Shown one piece after another: positions 50,276 to 60,615 of a stretch of DNA of 64,000 nt (position 1 is the first letter of the stretch; every line of letters starts with the position of its first letter). The notes below the pieces were generated by a model. That model saw only the letters and a program-made list of their open reading frames with translations, had not been told where the DNA came from and ran no database searches. Both the position numbers and the translations under genes were made by a program. Source of the stretch: Candidatus Eiseniibacteriota bacterium (lineage in GTDB: Bacteria > Eisenbacteria > RBG-16-71-46); the NCBI GenBank assembly GCA_963725865.1, contig CAVSAC010000014.1:1376001-1440000 (forward strand), written 5' to 3'.

Positions 50276-51109
50276 ATGCGCAAGACGTCCGGTTCGATGC
50301 TGTGTCCGCAGTGCTCCAAGCTGATCAGCGTGGGCGAGGAGAAGTGCCCGTTCTGCGGCGCGTGGCGGCCGGGGCTCTACGGCTTCACGCCGGCGCTCCA
50401 GAAGCTGTTCGGCAAGCACCTCGACATGATCTCGCTCATCAGCGCCACCTGCGTGACGCTCTACGTCGTCGCGCTGGCGCTGCAGCCGTCGGCGATCTTC
50501 CAGTGGCGAGGACTCTGGGACATCCTCGCGCCCGGCACGCGCCCGCTGTGGCAGCTCGGCATGACGGGCGGGCTCGCGTGGCAGCAGCACTGGTGGTGGA
50601 CGCTGCTCACGGCGATCTACCTGCACGGGAGCCTGATCCACATCGTCTTCAACGTGATGTGGATCCGCCAGCTCGGGCCGGCCGTCACCGAGTGTTACGG
50701 GCCGGCGCGCGCGTTCGTGATCTTCTCGCTGGCCGGCGCGGCGGGCTACCTGCTCTCGAACTTCGCCGCGGGCACGCCGACGATCGGCGCCTCCGGCAGC
50801 ATCTTCGGCCTGCTCGCGGCGCTGATCGTGTACGGCCGGCGCGCCGGCGCGCGGTTGATGACCGGCCAGATGTGGCAGTGGGCGATCGTGATGTTCGTGT
50901 TCGGCTTCCTGTCGCCGGCGGTGAACAACTGGGCGCACGCGGGCGGCTTCGCGGGCGGCTGGGTGATCGCCGAGAGCATGCGCGCCGCGGATGCGCGCGA
51001 GGGGCGCGGCGTGCAGCTGCTGGCGCTGGCGCTGCTGATCGCGACCGCGGCCGGCTTCGTGCTGTCGTTCGTCCAGGTCACTCGCATCCTCATCGACTTC
51101 TCCCGTTGA
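50276..51109 (+). CDS. Rhomboid intramembrane serine protease with N-terminal zinc ribbon
   Basis: CPQC...CPFCG, WWTLLTAIYLHGSLIHIVFN, GASG, NWAHAGG. Confidence 0.92.
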   Translation: MRKTSGSMLCPQCSKLISVGEEKCPFCGAWRPGLYGFTPALQKLFGKHLDMISLISATCVTLYVVALALQPSAIFQWRGLWDILAPGTRPLWQLGMTGGLAWQQHWWWTLLTAIYLHGSLIHIVFNVMWIRQLGPAVTECYGPARAFVIFSLAGAAGYLLSNFAAGTPTIGASGSIFGLLAALIVYGRRAGARLMTGQMWQWAIVMFVFGFLSPAVNNWAHAGGFAGGWVIAESMRAADAREGRGVQLLALALLIATAAGFVLSFVQVTRILIDFSR

Positions 51110-51362
51110 GCCGCCGTCCGTGCCCGCCGCACGGCGGCGTCACCCCGCATCGCATCCTGCACGGTGCAACCGGCTGCGAGTCCCTACGCCAGAAATCCAT
51201 GGCCAGAGGACCACGGGGGCCGATATACTCGGCGCCCGTCGGTCCTTTCCGGGCCGACCATGGAAGGGCTTCGGGCGGGTACGACTCGCACCGAGGTCCA
51301 TGTCCCGAACGCGATCCCGAAGGGCCGGGTGGCTCCGCGGGGTTGCAGAGAGGAGCCAGGCC

Positions 51363-53570
51363 ATGTCCCCGTCCTCACGTCGTGAGGCCCGCCACACCCC
51401 GTACCTGCGTCAGCCGCGCGTGTTCGATCCGCCGCGGTTGCCCGACGGCCATCGCGCCCCCGTCAGCGCGTACTTCGGCCGTCACGCGCTCGACCTGATC
51501 AAGCTGCGCGAGCGCCTGCCGCGCGAGGCCTATCAGTCGCTGATGAGCACGCTCCGCAGCGGCACGCCGCTGGCGCGCGAGACCGCCGAGACCATCGCCT
51601 CGGTCGCGCGCGAATGGGCCACGTCGCACGGCGCGACGCACTTCACGCACTGGTTCCAGCCGATGACCGGGCTGACCGCCGAGAAGCACGACAGCTTCGT
51701 CGACCTCAACGTGCAGATGACCGGGGAGCTGAAGGTGCTCGAGCGGTTCTCCGGCTCGCAGCTCTCGCAGAGCGAGCCGGACGCGTCGTCGTTCCCCTCG
51801 GGCGGCGTGCGCAGCACGTTCGAGGCGCGCGGCTACACCGCCTGGGATCCGTCGTCGCCGATGTTCCTGGTCGAGAGCATCAACGGCCGCACGCTGTGCA
51901 TTCCCTCGGTGTTCGTGAGCTACCACGGCGAGAGCCTCGACCACAAGACGCCGGTGCTGCGCGCGCTCGAGGGCCTGAGCAAGCACGCGGTCGCGTTCCT
52001 CAAGCTGCTCGGCGACGTCGACGTGCAGTCGGTCGGCTCCACGATGGGCTGCGAGCAGGAGTACTTCCTGGTCGACCGGGACCATTTCGCGCAGCGGCCG
52101 GACCTGGTGATGACCGACCGCACCCTGCTGGGCGCGGCGTCGGCGCGCGGGCAGCAGTTCGAGGATCACTACTTCGGCTCCATCCCGGCGCGCGTGCTCG
52201 CGTTCATGGAGGAGTTCGAGTTCGAGCTGCACCGCCTCGGCGTGCCGGTGAAGACGCGGCACAACGAGGTCGCGCCGATGCAGTTCGAGATGGCGCCGGT
52301 GTTCGAGGACGTGAACCTCGCGATCGACCACAACGCGCTCGCGATGGACATCATGCGGAAGGTCGCCCTGCGGCACCACTTCGTGTGCGTGCTCCACGAG
52401 AAGCCCTACGCCGGCATCAATGGCAGCGGCAAGCACTGCAACTGGAGCATGGTCACGGATCGCGGCGAGAATCTGCTCGATCCCGGCCGCACGCCGCACC
52501 AGAACCTGCGCTTCCTGGCGTTCATCGCCGGCTGCCTGAAGGCGGTGCACGACCACGCCGACGTGCTGCGCTGGTCGGTCTCGGGTCCGAACAACGACCT
52601 GCGGCTGGGTGCCAACGAGGCGCCGCCGGCGATCCTCAGCGTGTTCGTCGGCGACCTGCTCACCAAGATCATCGAGCGCATCGCGACCGGCGGGAAGATC
52701 GACGATCCCGAGCACTTCGTGATCGAGCTGGGCGTCGGCCGGGTGCCGCAGCTCGCGAAGGACAACACCGACCGCAACCGCACCTCGCCGTTCGCGTTCA
52801 CCGGGAACAAGTTCGAGTTCCGCGCGGTGGGCAGCAGCGCGAACACGGCGCAGCCGATGATGGTGCTGATCGCGTCGGTCGCCGACGCGCTGCGGCTGAT
52901 GAGCGCGCGGCTCGAGGCCAAGATCAAGAGCGGCACCGTGCGCGACCAGGCGGTGCTGGAGCTGCTGCGCGAGGTCTTCACCGAGACCTCGCCGGTGCGC
53001 TTCGAGGGCAACGGCTACTCCGAGGAGTGGAAGGCCGAGGCCCGGAAGCGCGGGCTCCCGAACCTGCCCGAGACGCCGACCTCGATCGCCGCGGTGCAGG
53101 ATCCCAGGCGCACCGCGTTCCTGCGCGAGCTGGGCGTGTTCAACGAGCGCGAGATCGCGAGCCGCTTCAACGTCGCGCTCGAGCGCTACATCAAGACCGT
53201 CACGCTCGAGGCCGAGACGATGGTCGAGCTGCTCACCACTTTCGTGGTACCGGCCGGCGAGAAGCAGATCATCGCGTCCGCCGCGGCGGCCGCCGCGGTG
53301 AAGGACGTGGCAGGCGCGCCGTCGCTGTCGGGCCGCGTGAAGGCCGTGGCGCAGGGGCTCGGCGAGGTGGTGGACAGCCTCGAGCGGCTGAGGGCGGCGC
53401 TGGCGGAGGCCGACGCCATGCACGAGGAGATGGAGGAGGCGCGGCTGCTGTCGAGCCGCGTGCGTCCCGCGATGGACGAGGCCCGCGCCGCGGCCGACCA
53501 CCTGGAGCACCTGGTGGACGACGGCCTGTGGGGGCTGCCGAAGTACCGCGAGATGCTGTTCGTGAAGTAG
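51363..53570 (+). CDS. glnA: Glutamine synthetase type III
   Basis: GATHFTHWFQPMTGLTAEKHD, EPDASSFPSGG, GCEQEYFL, HNEVAP, HEKP..GINGSGKH, RLGANEAPP, DRNRTSPFAFTGNKFEFR. AGAGGAG RBS; an alternative in-frame ATG lies at 51300. Confidence 0.96.
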   Translation: MSPSSRREARHTPYLRQPRVFDPPRLPDGHRAPVSAYFGRHALDLIKLRERLPREAYQSLMSTLRSGTPLARETAETIASVAREWATSHGATHFTHWFQPMTGLTAEKHDSFVDLNVQMTGELKVLERFSGSQLSQSEPDASSFPSGGVRSTFEARGYTAWDPSSPMFLVESINGRTLCIPSVFVSYHGESLDHKTPVLRALEGLSKHAVAFLKLLGDVDVQSVGSTMGCEQEYFLVDRDHFAQRPDLVMTDRTLLGAASARGQQFEDHYFGSIPARVLAFMEEFEFELHRLGVPVKTRHNEVAPMQFEMAPVFEDVNLAIDHNALAMDIMRKVALRHHFVCVLHEKPYAGINGSGKHCNWSMVTDRGENLLDPGRTPHQNLRFLAFIAGCLKAVHDHADVLRWSVSGPNNDLRLGANEAPPAILSVFVGDLLTKIIERIATGGKIDDPEHFVIELGVGRVPQLAKDNTDRNRTSPFAFTGNKFEFRAVGSSANTAQPMMVLIASVADALRLMSARLEAKIKSGTVRDQAVLELLREVFTETSPVRFEGNGYSEEWKAEARKRGLPNLPETPTSIAAVQDPRRTAFLRELGVFNEREIASRFNVALERYIKTVTLEAETMVELLTTFVVPAGEKQIIASAAAAAAVKDVAGAPSLSGRVKAVAQGLGEVVDSLERLRAALAEADAMHEEMEEARLLSSRVRPAMDEARAAADHLEHLVDDGLWGLPKYREMLFVK

Positions 53571-53583
53571 CCGCGCATCACGG

Positions 53584-53608
53584 GGGCCGGGCACGACGCC
53601 CGGCCCTT
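53584..53608 (+). terminator. Hairpin after glnA, possible terminator
   Basis: GGGCCGGGC-ACGAC-GCCCGGCCC-TT. Confidence 0.55.
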
Positions 53609-53627
53609 CGTGTCTCCGGAGGAGCAC

Positions 53628-54230
53628 ATGCCCAAGCGCGATGAGAGCGGGCGCTGCCCGTGGGCGACCAGCCAGGAGTTCTACGTCCGCTACCACGACG
53701 AGGAGTGGGGCGTGCCGGTGCACGACGACCGGCGGCTGTTCGAGTTCCTGATCCTCGAGGGCGCGCAGGCGGGGCTCTCGTGGGCCACCATCCTCAAGAA
53801 GCGCGACGCCTACCGCAAGGCGTTCGCCGGTTTCGACCCGGCGAAGGTGGCGCGCTTCGGCGCCCGCGACGTGACGCGCCTGCTGGGCGACGCCGGGATC
53901 GTGCGCAACCGGCTCAAGATCGAGTCCGCGGTCTCGAACGCGCGCGCGTTCCTCGAGGCCCAGGCGCGCTTCGGTTCGTTCGACGCCTACATCTGGTCGT
54001 TCGTGGACGGCAAGCCGCTGGTGAACCGCTTCGAGTCCCTGAAGCAGCTCCCGCCGCGCACCGCGCTGTCGGACCGCCTCAGCAAGGATCTCCAGCAGCG
54101 CGGCTTCCGGTTCGTGGGCTCGACCATCGTGTACGCCCACATGCAGGCGACCGGGATGGTGAACGATCACCTGACCGGCTGCTTCCGCTGGCGCGAGTGC
54201 CAGACGCTGGCGAAGTCGAAGCCGCGCTGA
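53628..54230 (+). CDS. tag: DNA-3-methyladenine glycosylase I
   Basis: RCPWA, YHDEEWG, LEGAQAGLSW, IVRNRLKI, GFRFVGSTI, GMVNDH...C. GGAGGAG RBS. Confidence 0.96.
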   Translation: MPKRDESGRCPWATSQEFYVRYHDEEWGVPVHDDRRLFEFLILEGAQAGLSWATILKKRDAYRKAFAGFDPAKVARFGARDVTRLLGDAGIVRNRLKIESAVSNARAFLEAQARFGSFDAYIWSFVDGKPLVNRFESLKQLPPRTALSDRLSKDLQQRGFRFVGSTIVYAHMQATGMVNDHLTGCFRWRECQTLAKSKPR

Positions 54231-54308
54231 GGTCGTGACCCGAGCGCCGCGGCGGCTCGCGGTGCGCCGCGGCGACGCGCGGTCCGCGCCACGCCGGGGG
54301 CGGCCGGC

Positions 54309-55607
54309 TCAGACGGCGGGCAGGCTCAGCGTGAACGTGCAGCCCTGACCGGCCTCGCTGTGCGCGCGCAGCTCGCCGCTCATGCCCTCGGCGAGCCGGC
54401 GGGCGAGCGCCAGCCCCATCCCCATGCCGCCCACCACGCGGGTCGCGGAGCCATCGAGCTGCTCGAACGCGGTGAACAGGGTGCCCATGCGCTCGAGGGG
54501 CACGCCGTCGCCCTCGTCGGTCACCGCGATCTCCACGCGGTGGCCGCCCGCGCCCACGCCGGCGCACGCGCGCAGGTGGATCGGCGTGCCGGGCCGGGTG
54601 AACTTGAGCGCGTTGTCGATCAGCTCGTTGAGGATCAGGTGCACGTGCACCGGATCGGCGCTCACCGCCGGCAGCTCCGCGTCACGCGCGTAGTGGAACG
54701 GATGCAGGCTGGCGACCACGCCCGGGCGTCGCGCGGCATGGAGATCGTCGAGCCGGCTGGCGAGGTCCACGGTCTCGAGCCGGGCCTCGAGGCGGCCCTC
54801 GACGGAGTCCGAGAACGTCAGCAGCTTCTCGAGCAGCGCCTTCAGGTCGAGCGCGCGCTCGTGCGCGGATGCCAGCATCGGAGTCGCGATCTCGGCCGGC
54901 GGCTGCGAGTCGAGCACGCAGTCCAGCGTGGCGAGCACCACGGTGAGCGGCGTGCGCAGCTCGTGGTTCACGTTGCTGAGGAACTGCGACTTGAGCCGCG
55001 CGGTCGCCTCCAGGTGCTCGTTGGTCTCGCGCAGTTGCCGGTTGGCTTCGAGCACGCGGTGGTAGAGGCGCATGTTCTGGAGCGCCATCCCGACCAGGCC
55101 GAGCGCCGCCTGCAGCACGCGCATCTCGCGCTCTGTCCACGGCTCGCCGGTCATGCGGGAGCCCAGCGCCAGCCAGCCCACCAGCTCGCCGCGGCCGTGC
55201 AGCGGACCCAGCACCTCGATCGCCGCCTGCCGCAGCGCGCGCGCCTCGGCGGCCGAGGTGCTCGCGAGCAGCGAGGCCGTCATGGCGGGCGAGTGGGAAT
55301 TCGCGAAGCGCTTCCGCAGCGCGCGATGGCAGTCCTCGTGCGCGGCCTCCAGCGCCGGACGGCTGAAGCCGTGACAGTGCACCAGCACCGGCGGGCGCTG
55401 CGGGTCCTCGTCGAGCAGCCACAGCGCGGAACGCGCGGTGCCGAACTGCCCCATCAGGTTGAGCAGGAGCTGCTCACCGGTCTGGAACAGGTCCAGCGAC
55501 GTTCCCATCTCGCAGCCGAGCTCGAGCAGCGACTCGAGCGCATGCGCGTACTGCATGCCCTGTTCGTCCGCGCGCGGCGCGGCCGGCCCCGGTGCCCGAT
55601 CGGTCAT
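54309..55607 (-). CDS. GAF-domain sensor histidine kinase (no adjacent response regulator)
   Basis: GAF-like N-terminus, KSQFLSNVNHELRTPL, ELIDNALKFT, DEGDG, GGMGMGL. Confidence 0.9.
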   Translation of the reverse strand: MTDRAPGPAAPRADEQGMQYAHALESLLELGCEMGTSLDLFQTGEQLLLNLMGQFGTARSALWLLDEDPQRPPVLVHCHGFSRPALEAAHEDCHRALRKRFANSHSPAMTASLLASTSAAEARALRQAAIEVLGPLHGRGELVGWLALGSRMTGEPWTEREMRVLQAALGLVGMALQNMRLYHRVLEANRQLRETNEHLEATARLKSQFLSNVNHELRTPLTVVLATLDCVLDSQPPAEIATPMLASAHERALDLKALLEKLLTFSDSVEGRLEARLETVDLASRLDDLHAARRPGVVASLHPFHYARDAELPAVSADPVHVHLILNELIDNALKFTRPGTPIHLRACAGVGAGGHRVEIAVTDEGDGVPLERMGTLFTAFEQLDGSATRVVGGMGMGLALARRLAEGMSGELRAHSEAGQGCTFTLSLPAV

Positions 55608-55855
55608 CCGGTCGCGACCTGTGCGGGGCGGACGCGCGCCAGGGCGGCGCGCTGGCCCGGATCGGAGGCGGCATCGCGGGACGCCGACTCCTGGCCGTCG
55701 CGGGCGCGACGAGCGAGTCGCAGGGGCCTCACACGAGAGAGCCGGAGTCCGTTCCGAAGGGAGCGCATCGGCAGCGTTATCGGCCCCGCCCGCGGCCGAC
55801 TTGACCGGCACCCCGGGCGTTCGGCGGCGCCCCGCACGCGTCCCTCGCGTCGCTC

Positions 55856-56659
55856 ATGTATCCTGCCAGCGTGCTCAGCCTCTTCGACCACGTGCTGGCG
55901 CTGGTGCTCGCGGTGGTGTTCCCGCTGCGCGCCGCGCTGTTCGGGCTCCGACGCCTGCGGCGGGCTCCGGAAGGCGAGCGGCCGCGGGTGCGCCGGCGGA
56001 TCTACGCCGAGGCGATGGCGATCCAGTGGATCCTGGCGCTCACGGTGCTCGGTGGGTGGGCGGTACTGGCGCGCGACCTCGACGGCCTCGGGCTGGTGGT
56101 CCACACGGGCCGCGGGTTCGTCGCGATGGCGCTGGCCGCCGTCGTGGTGGTGGTGGTGCTCGCGACCCACCTGGTCACCGCCCGTCGCAGCGACGCCACG
56201 CTGGAGCGCGTGCTCGAGCGCGTGGGTCCGATCGAGGCGATGCTGCCGCACGGCGCGGCCGACCTGCGCGGATTCCGCTGGGTCGCGCTCACCGCGGGCG
56301 TGTGCGAGGAGCTGCTCTACCGCGGTTACCTGATCTGGTACCTCGCCCACGGGATGTCGATGCCGTGGGCGCTGGCGATCGCCAGCGCGATCTTCGGCCT
56401 CGGGCACCTCTACCAGGGCTGGCGCGGCGTGCTCACGACCGGCGCGCTGGGCGCGCTGCTCGCGCTGGTGTACGTGGTCTCGGGCTCGCTCGTGCTCGGC
56501 ATGCTCGTGCACATGGCGATCGACCTGCACGCGGGGCAACTGGCCCACGCGGCGTTCGCCTGGGACGCGCGGCGCGCCGAGGCCGCGGCACTGGCGCGAG
56601 CACACGAGTGGGACGCCCCGGCGGAGCCTCCCGTCGCGCCGGCCGGGACCGCGACATGA
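55856..56659 (+). CDS. CPBP (CAAX/Abi) intramembrane metalloprotease
   Basis: AGVCEELLYRG, FGLGHLYQG, LVHMAID. Confidence 0.92.
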   Translation: MYPASVLSLFDHVLALVLAVVFPLRAALFGLRRLRRAPEGERPRVRRRIYAEAMAIQWILALTVLGGWAVLARDLDGLGLVVHTGRGFVAMALAAVVVVVVLATHLVTARRSDATLERVLERVGPIEAMLPHGAADLRGFRWVALTAGVCEELLYRGYLIWYLAHGMSMPWALAIASAIFGLGHLYQGWRGVLTTGALGALLALVYVVSGSLVLGMLVHMAIDLHAGQLAHAAFAWDARRAEAAALARAHEWDAPAEPPVAPAGTAT

Positions 56660-57804
56660 GCCGCACCTACGACGCCATCGTGGTGGGACTCGGCGCCACG
56701 GGGGGCAGCACCTGCGCGGAGCTGGCGGCGCGCGGCCTGCGGGTGCTGGGGCTCGATCGCTATCGGCCGCCGCACACGCACGGCTCCTCGCACGGCGAGA
56801 CCCGCATCATCCGCGAGGCGTACTTCGAGCATCCGCTCTACGTCCCGATGCTGCAACGCGCCTACGAGCGCTGGTCGGAGCTGGAGCACCTCACGCAGCG
56901 CACGCTGTTCCAGCGCACCGGCGGATTGATGATCGGCCCGCCGGACGGCGAGCTGATCACCGGCGTGCTGCGCAGCGCGGTCAGCCACGCGCTCCCGTAC
57001 GAGCTGCTCGACGCGCGGGCGCTGCGCGAGCGCCACCCCGAGCTGAGGCCCACGGACGACATGGTCGCGATCGCCGAGCCGCGCGCCGGGCTGCTGTTCG
57101 CGGAGTCCTGCATCGGCGCGTACCTCGACCTGGCGGCCGAGCGGGGCGCCGAGCTGCACCACGACGAGCAGGTGACGAGCTGGTCCGCCGCCGCCGACAC
57201 GGTGACGGTCGAGACCGTGTTCGCGCGCTACGAGGCCGCGCACCTGGTGCTCGCGGCGGGGCCGTGGGCCGCGCGCCTGACGCCCGAGCTGGGACTGCCC
57301 CTCACCGTCGAGCGCAACGTGCAGTTCTGGTTCGAGCCCGCGGATCCGGAGCGCTTCGATCCCACGCGCTTTCCGGTGTTCCTCCTGGAGTACGCGCCGG
57401 GCGCCTTCTGCTACGGCTTCCCCGCGATCGCGGGCGCGGTGAAGGTGGCGCGCCACGGCTCCGGTGAGCAGGTCGATCCCGACGCGCCGCGGCGGCCGGT
57501 GGGCGCCGACGAGATCGAGGCGCTGCGCGTGCTGCTGCGCCGCTTCCTGCCCGCGGCCGACGGACGGTTGCGCCGCACCGAGACCTGCCTGTACACGAAC
57601 GCGCCCGACGGCCACTTCGTCCTCGACCGCTACCCCGGGTATCCCGCGGTGACGATCGCGAGCGCCTGCTCGGGCCACGGATTCAAGTTCTCGAGCGTGC
57701 TGGGCGAGGTGGTCGCCGACCTGGCGCTCACCGGACGCTCCCGTTTCGACCTGAGCCTGTTCAGGCTCGCGCGGCTGCGCCGCGCGGGCGGGCTGGCCAG
57801 CTGA
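56656..57804 (+). CDS. solA: N-methyl-L-tryptophan oxidase / monomeric sarcosine oxidase family
   Basis: VVGLGATG, GSSHGETRIIREAY, TCLYT (covalent FAD Cys), SACSGHGFKF. ATGA overlap. Confidence 0.9.
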   Translation: MSRTYDAIVVGLGATGGSTCAELAARGLRVLGLDRYRPPHTHGSSHGETRIIREAYFEHPLYVPMLQRAYERWSELEHLTQRTLFQRTGGLMIGPPDGELITGVLRSAVSHALPYELLDARALRERHPELRPTDDMVAIAEPRAGLLFAESCIGAYLDLAAERGAELHHDEQVTSWSAAADTVTVETVFARYEAAHLVLAAGPWAARLTPELGLPLTVERNVQFWFEPADPERFDPTRFPVFLLEYAPGAFCYGFPAIAGAVKVARHGSGEQVDPDAPRRPVGADEIEALRVLLRRFLPAADGRLRRTETCLYTNAPDGHFVLDRYPGYPAVTIASACSGHGFKFSSVLGEVVADLALTGRSRFDLSLFRLARLRRAGGLAS

Positions 57805-57821
57805 TTCGGAGGAGGAACCGC

Positions 57822-59171
57822 ATGCACGGTCGCACCCGGAGTCTCGCGTGGTTGGCGCTGGCCGCGCTCACGCTGTCGTGCGCGTCCTCGGAGCAGCTCA
57901 CCCGCCGCAGCGCGCAGCTGCTGGTGCAGGGGGACGCCCGCCGCGCGTACGACACCGCGCTCGGCGCGCTCGAGAAGGACGCGACCAACGACGCCGCCCG
58001 CGGGGCGCTCGGCGCCGCCGGCGCGTCGCTGCTGTCGGACGCGCGCACGCGCTTCTACGACCTGCTGCCGCTCGATACCCTCGGCGCCGCGCGCGTCGCG
58101 CTCGACGTCGACCAGGTGAACGGCACGCTCGCGCGCTGGCACGCGGCGGTGCCGGCCGACACCTCGTTCGCCACTGACCGGCGCCACGCCAAGGAGGCGG
58201 TCGCCGCCGACTTCGTCGCGATGGCCGCCGACAGCGTCCACGAGCGCCGGCCGCGGCCCGCGTACCGGCTGCTCGAGGAGGCGGCCCGCTACGATCCCCA
58301 GCGGCGCGGGCTCGACGAGCGCCTCCGCCGCACGTTCGAGCTCGCGGTCGACCGCGTGGCGGTGCTGCCGTTCGATCAGCAGATCGACCAGCCGCCGCTC
58401 GCGCGCGGCCTGGCCGATCAGCTCGCCACGGCGCTGCGCAAGCGCATCGCCGACCGCTCGCTCACGTTCACGCGCCTGATCGAGCCCGCGCGGGTCGACG
58501 CGCGCATGACGGTCTCGCAGCTCGACGGGATGTCGCGCACCGAGGCGATCCAGCTCGGGCGCGACCTGGGTGCCAACGTGGTGGTGTGGGGACGGCTGCG
58601 CGACGCGGGCTCGGACAGCTACACGACGACGTACCGCGAGCCCATCTGGCACCGCGTCACCGATCGCGACCCCGAAGGCAAGGAGCGCGAGCGCTGGATG
58701 CAGGTGCCCTTCGAGACCGTGGTGCGCGAGCGCGTGTACCACCTGCGCTGGGACCTGCGCCTGCTCGACACCGACGAGGAGCTGACGCTGGCGGAGCGCG
58801 GGGAGCCGCGCGAGGTGCGGGTGCGCAGCGTGTGGACCAACCTGCGGCCCGACGACGATCCGGGCCGCTACGCCCTGATGCCGCCGCACGAGCGCGAGCA
58901 GGATCCCGACCGCGCGAAGCGCGTAGAGAAGGAGTGGGGCGACACCGCCGGGCGCTGGACGGTACCCGCGCTGCTGGCGCGCGCGCGCGCCGCGAACGCG
59001 TCCTCGCGCGCGAGCTACCGCCACGAGTACCGCGGCGAGTTCGAGCGCGCCGATCCCGGGATGCCGGTCTTCTGCGGCGACCTGCCCGGCAACGACGATC
59101 TCGCGTGGATCGCGCTGCGCGGCATCGACGAGGAGTTCCTGGAGATGATCCGGGACCTCGACCGCCGGTGA
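57822..59171 (+). CDS. Hypothetical lipoprotein (TPR-like N-terminus, CsgG/LpoB-like middle domain)
   Basis: GGAGGAGG RBS, lipobox LTLSC, RVAVLPF...LGRDLGANVVVWG. Confidence 0.72.
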   Translation: MHGRTRSLAWLALAALTLSCASSEQLTRRSAQLLVQGDARRAYDTALGALEKDATNDAARGALGAAGASLLSDARTRFYDLLPLDTLGAARVALDVDQVNGTLARWHAAVPADTSFATDRRHAKEAVAADFVAMAADSVHERRPRPAYRLLEEAARYDPQRRGLDERLRRTFELAVDRVAVLPFDQQIDQPPLARGLADQLATALRKRIADRSLTFTRLIEPARVDARMTVSQLDGMSRTEAIQLGRDLGANVVVWGRLRDAGSDSYTTTYREPIWHRVTDRDPEGKERERWMQVPFETVVRERVYHLRWDLRLLDTDEELTLAERGEPREVRVRSVWTNLRPDDDPGRYALMPPHEREQDPDRAKRVEKEWGDTAGRWTVPALLARARAANASSRASYRHEYRGEFERADPGMPVFCGDLPGNDDLAWIALRGIDEEFLEMIRDLDRR

Positions 59172-59214
59172 GCGCGGCCGCCCGCTCGCGCATCCGGCGC
59201 CGGCGCCCGCTGCG

Positions 59215-60615
59215 GTGAGCGCGGCGCCGCCCGCGCCGGTCGCCGGCGACGGGCCGGTGCGCGGCGCGCTGCTGCGCCTCGCGCTGCCGGTGCTCGCGTC
59301 GCAGCTGCTGCGCATCGCGTTCCAGTGGGTCGACGCGCTGTGGGTGCGCGGGCTCGGCGTCGAGGCGACCGCGGCGGTCACCTCGTCGGTGTTCGTGATG
59401 TGGTGGGTGTACGCGGTCAACGACGTGTTCACGATCGGCATGGCCGCGTTCGTGAGCCAGCTGCTGGGCGCCGGCGACCGCGCGCGCGCGGGCCACGCCG
59501 CGTGGATCGGCACCCGCGCGTCGGCGGTGGCGGGCCTGGCGGTCACCGTGGTCGGCCTGCTGTGGGCGCGCGATCTCTATCGCCTGATGGGCGGTGATGC
59601 GCGCGTGGTGGAGCAGGGCGGGCGCTACCTCTCGATCATCCTGGCGTTCGCGCCGATCCCGATGGTGGCGCTGGCGTGCGAGAGCGTGATGCGCGCCGCG
59701 GGCGACACCCGCACGCCGCTGCTGCTCGACCTTGGCGCGGTGACGCTCAACGCGCTGCTCGACCCGCTGCTGATCTACGGCGCCGGTCCGCTGCCGGCGC
59801 TCGGCGTCCGCGGCGCCGCGTGGGCGACCGTGGCCGCGCAGGCCCTGCTGGCCGCGAGCTACCTGGCGCTCGCCGCGCGCCACCATCCGGCGCTGCCGTT
59901 CGCGCGCCGCGCGCCGGGTCCGCCGCTGCGACTGGCGGCGATGGCGCGGGTGGGCCTGCCGACCGCGCTGTCGGGCACGCTGTGGTCCACCGTCTACCTG
60001 GTGTTCTCGCGTGCCGCGGCCCCCGAGGGCGCCGCCGCCATCGCGGTCGTGGGCATCTCGAACCGCATCGAGGCGCTGGTGTTCGTGTGCGCGATCGCGA
60101 CCGGGCTCGCCGGCGCCACGCTGGTCGGCCAGAGCCTCGGCGCTGGCCGCCCCGAGCGCGCGATGGCGGTGATCCGCACCGGCATGGTCTGGATGGGCTG
60201 GCTGTCGCTGGCGGTCTCGCTCGGCGTGTTCCTGTGGCCGCAGGGATTCCTGACGCTGTTCTCGCGCGACCCGGAAGTGCTGCGCATCGGCACCCCGTAC
60301 CTGCGCGTGCTCGCGCTGTGCTTCGTGCCGACCGGGATGGAGCTGGTCATCGCCGAGAGCATCCAGGGCTCCGGGCACACCACGACGGTGTCGGCGATCT
60401 ACACCATCACCTCGCTGGTGCGCATCCCGCTCGCCTTCCTCGTGACGCGGGAGTGGGGGATGGGGGTGACCGGCATCGCTTGGGTGATCACGCTGACGTG
60501 CGTGGTCCGCACGATCGTGCTGCTCGCGTGGGTGCTGCGCGGCTCGTGGACGCGCGGCCTCGCGCGCGAGCTGCACGGCGCGCCGTCGCTGCCGGAACGC
60601 GCCGAGGCGTCCTGA
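59215..60615 (+). CDS. MATE family efflux transporter (true start may be GTG 59168 with a 1-nt deletion)
   Basis: LLRLALPV, VSQLLGAGD, RAAGDTRTPL, LDPLLIYG, LGVRGAAWAT, LVGQSLGAG. Confidence 0.92.
   Translation: MSAAPPAPVAGDGPVRGALLRLALPVLASQLLRIAFQWVDALWVRGLGVEATAAVTSSVFVMWWVYAVNDVFTIGMAAFVSQLLGAGDRARAGHAAWIGTRASAVAGLAVTVVGLLWARDLYRLMGGDARVVEQGGRYLSIILAFAPIPMVALACESVMRAAGDTRTPLLLDLGAVTLNALLDPLLIYGAGPLPALGVRGAAWATVAAQALLAASYLALAARHHPALPFARRAPGPPLRLAAMARVGLPTALSGTLWSTVYLVFSRAAAPEGAAAIAVVGISNRIEALVFVCAIATGLAGATLVGQSLGAGRPERAMAVIRTGMVWMGWLSLAVSLGVFLWPQGFLTLFSRDPEVLRIGTPYLRVLALCFVPTGMELVIAESIQGSGHTTTVSAIYTITSLVRIPLAFLVTREWGMGVTGIAWVITLTCVVRTIVLLAWVLRGSWTRGLARELHGAPSLPERAEAS

Noticed and set aside
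51330..51347. Sigma54 promoter TGGC...TTGCA upstream of glnA
   Set aside because: GG and GC are separated by 12 nt rather than the required 10. The nearby TGCAC-G-GTGCA (51158-51168) also lacks NtrC-site spacing.
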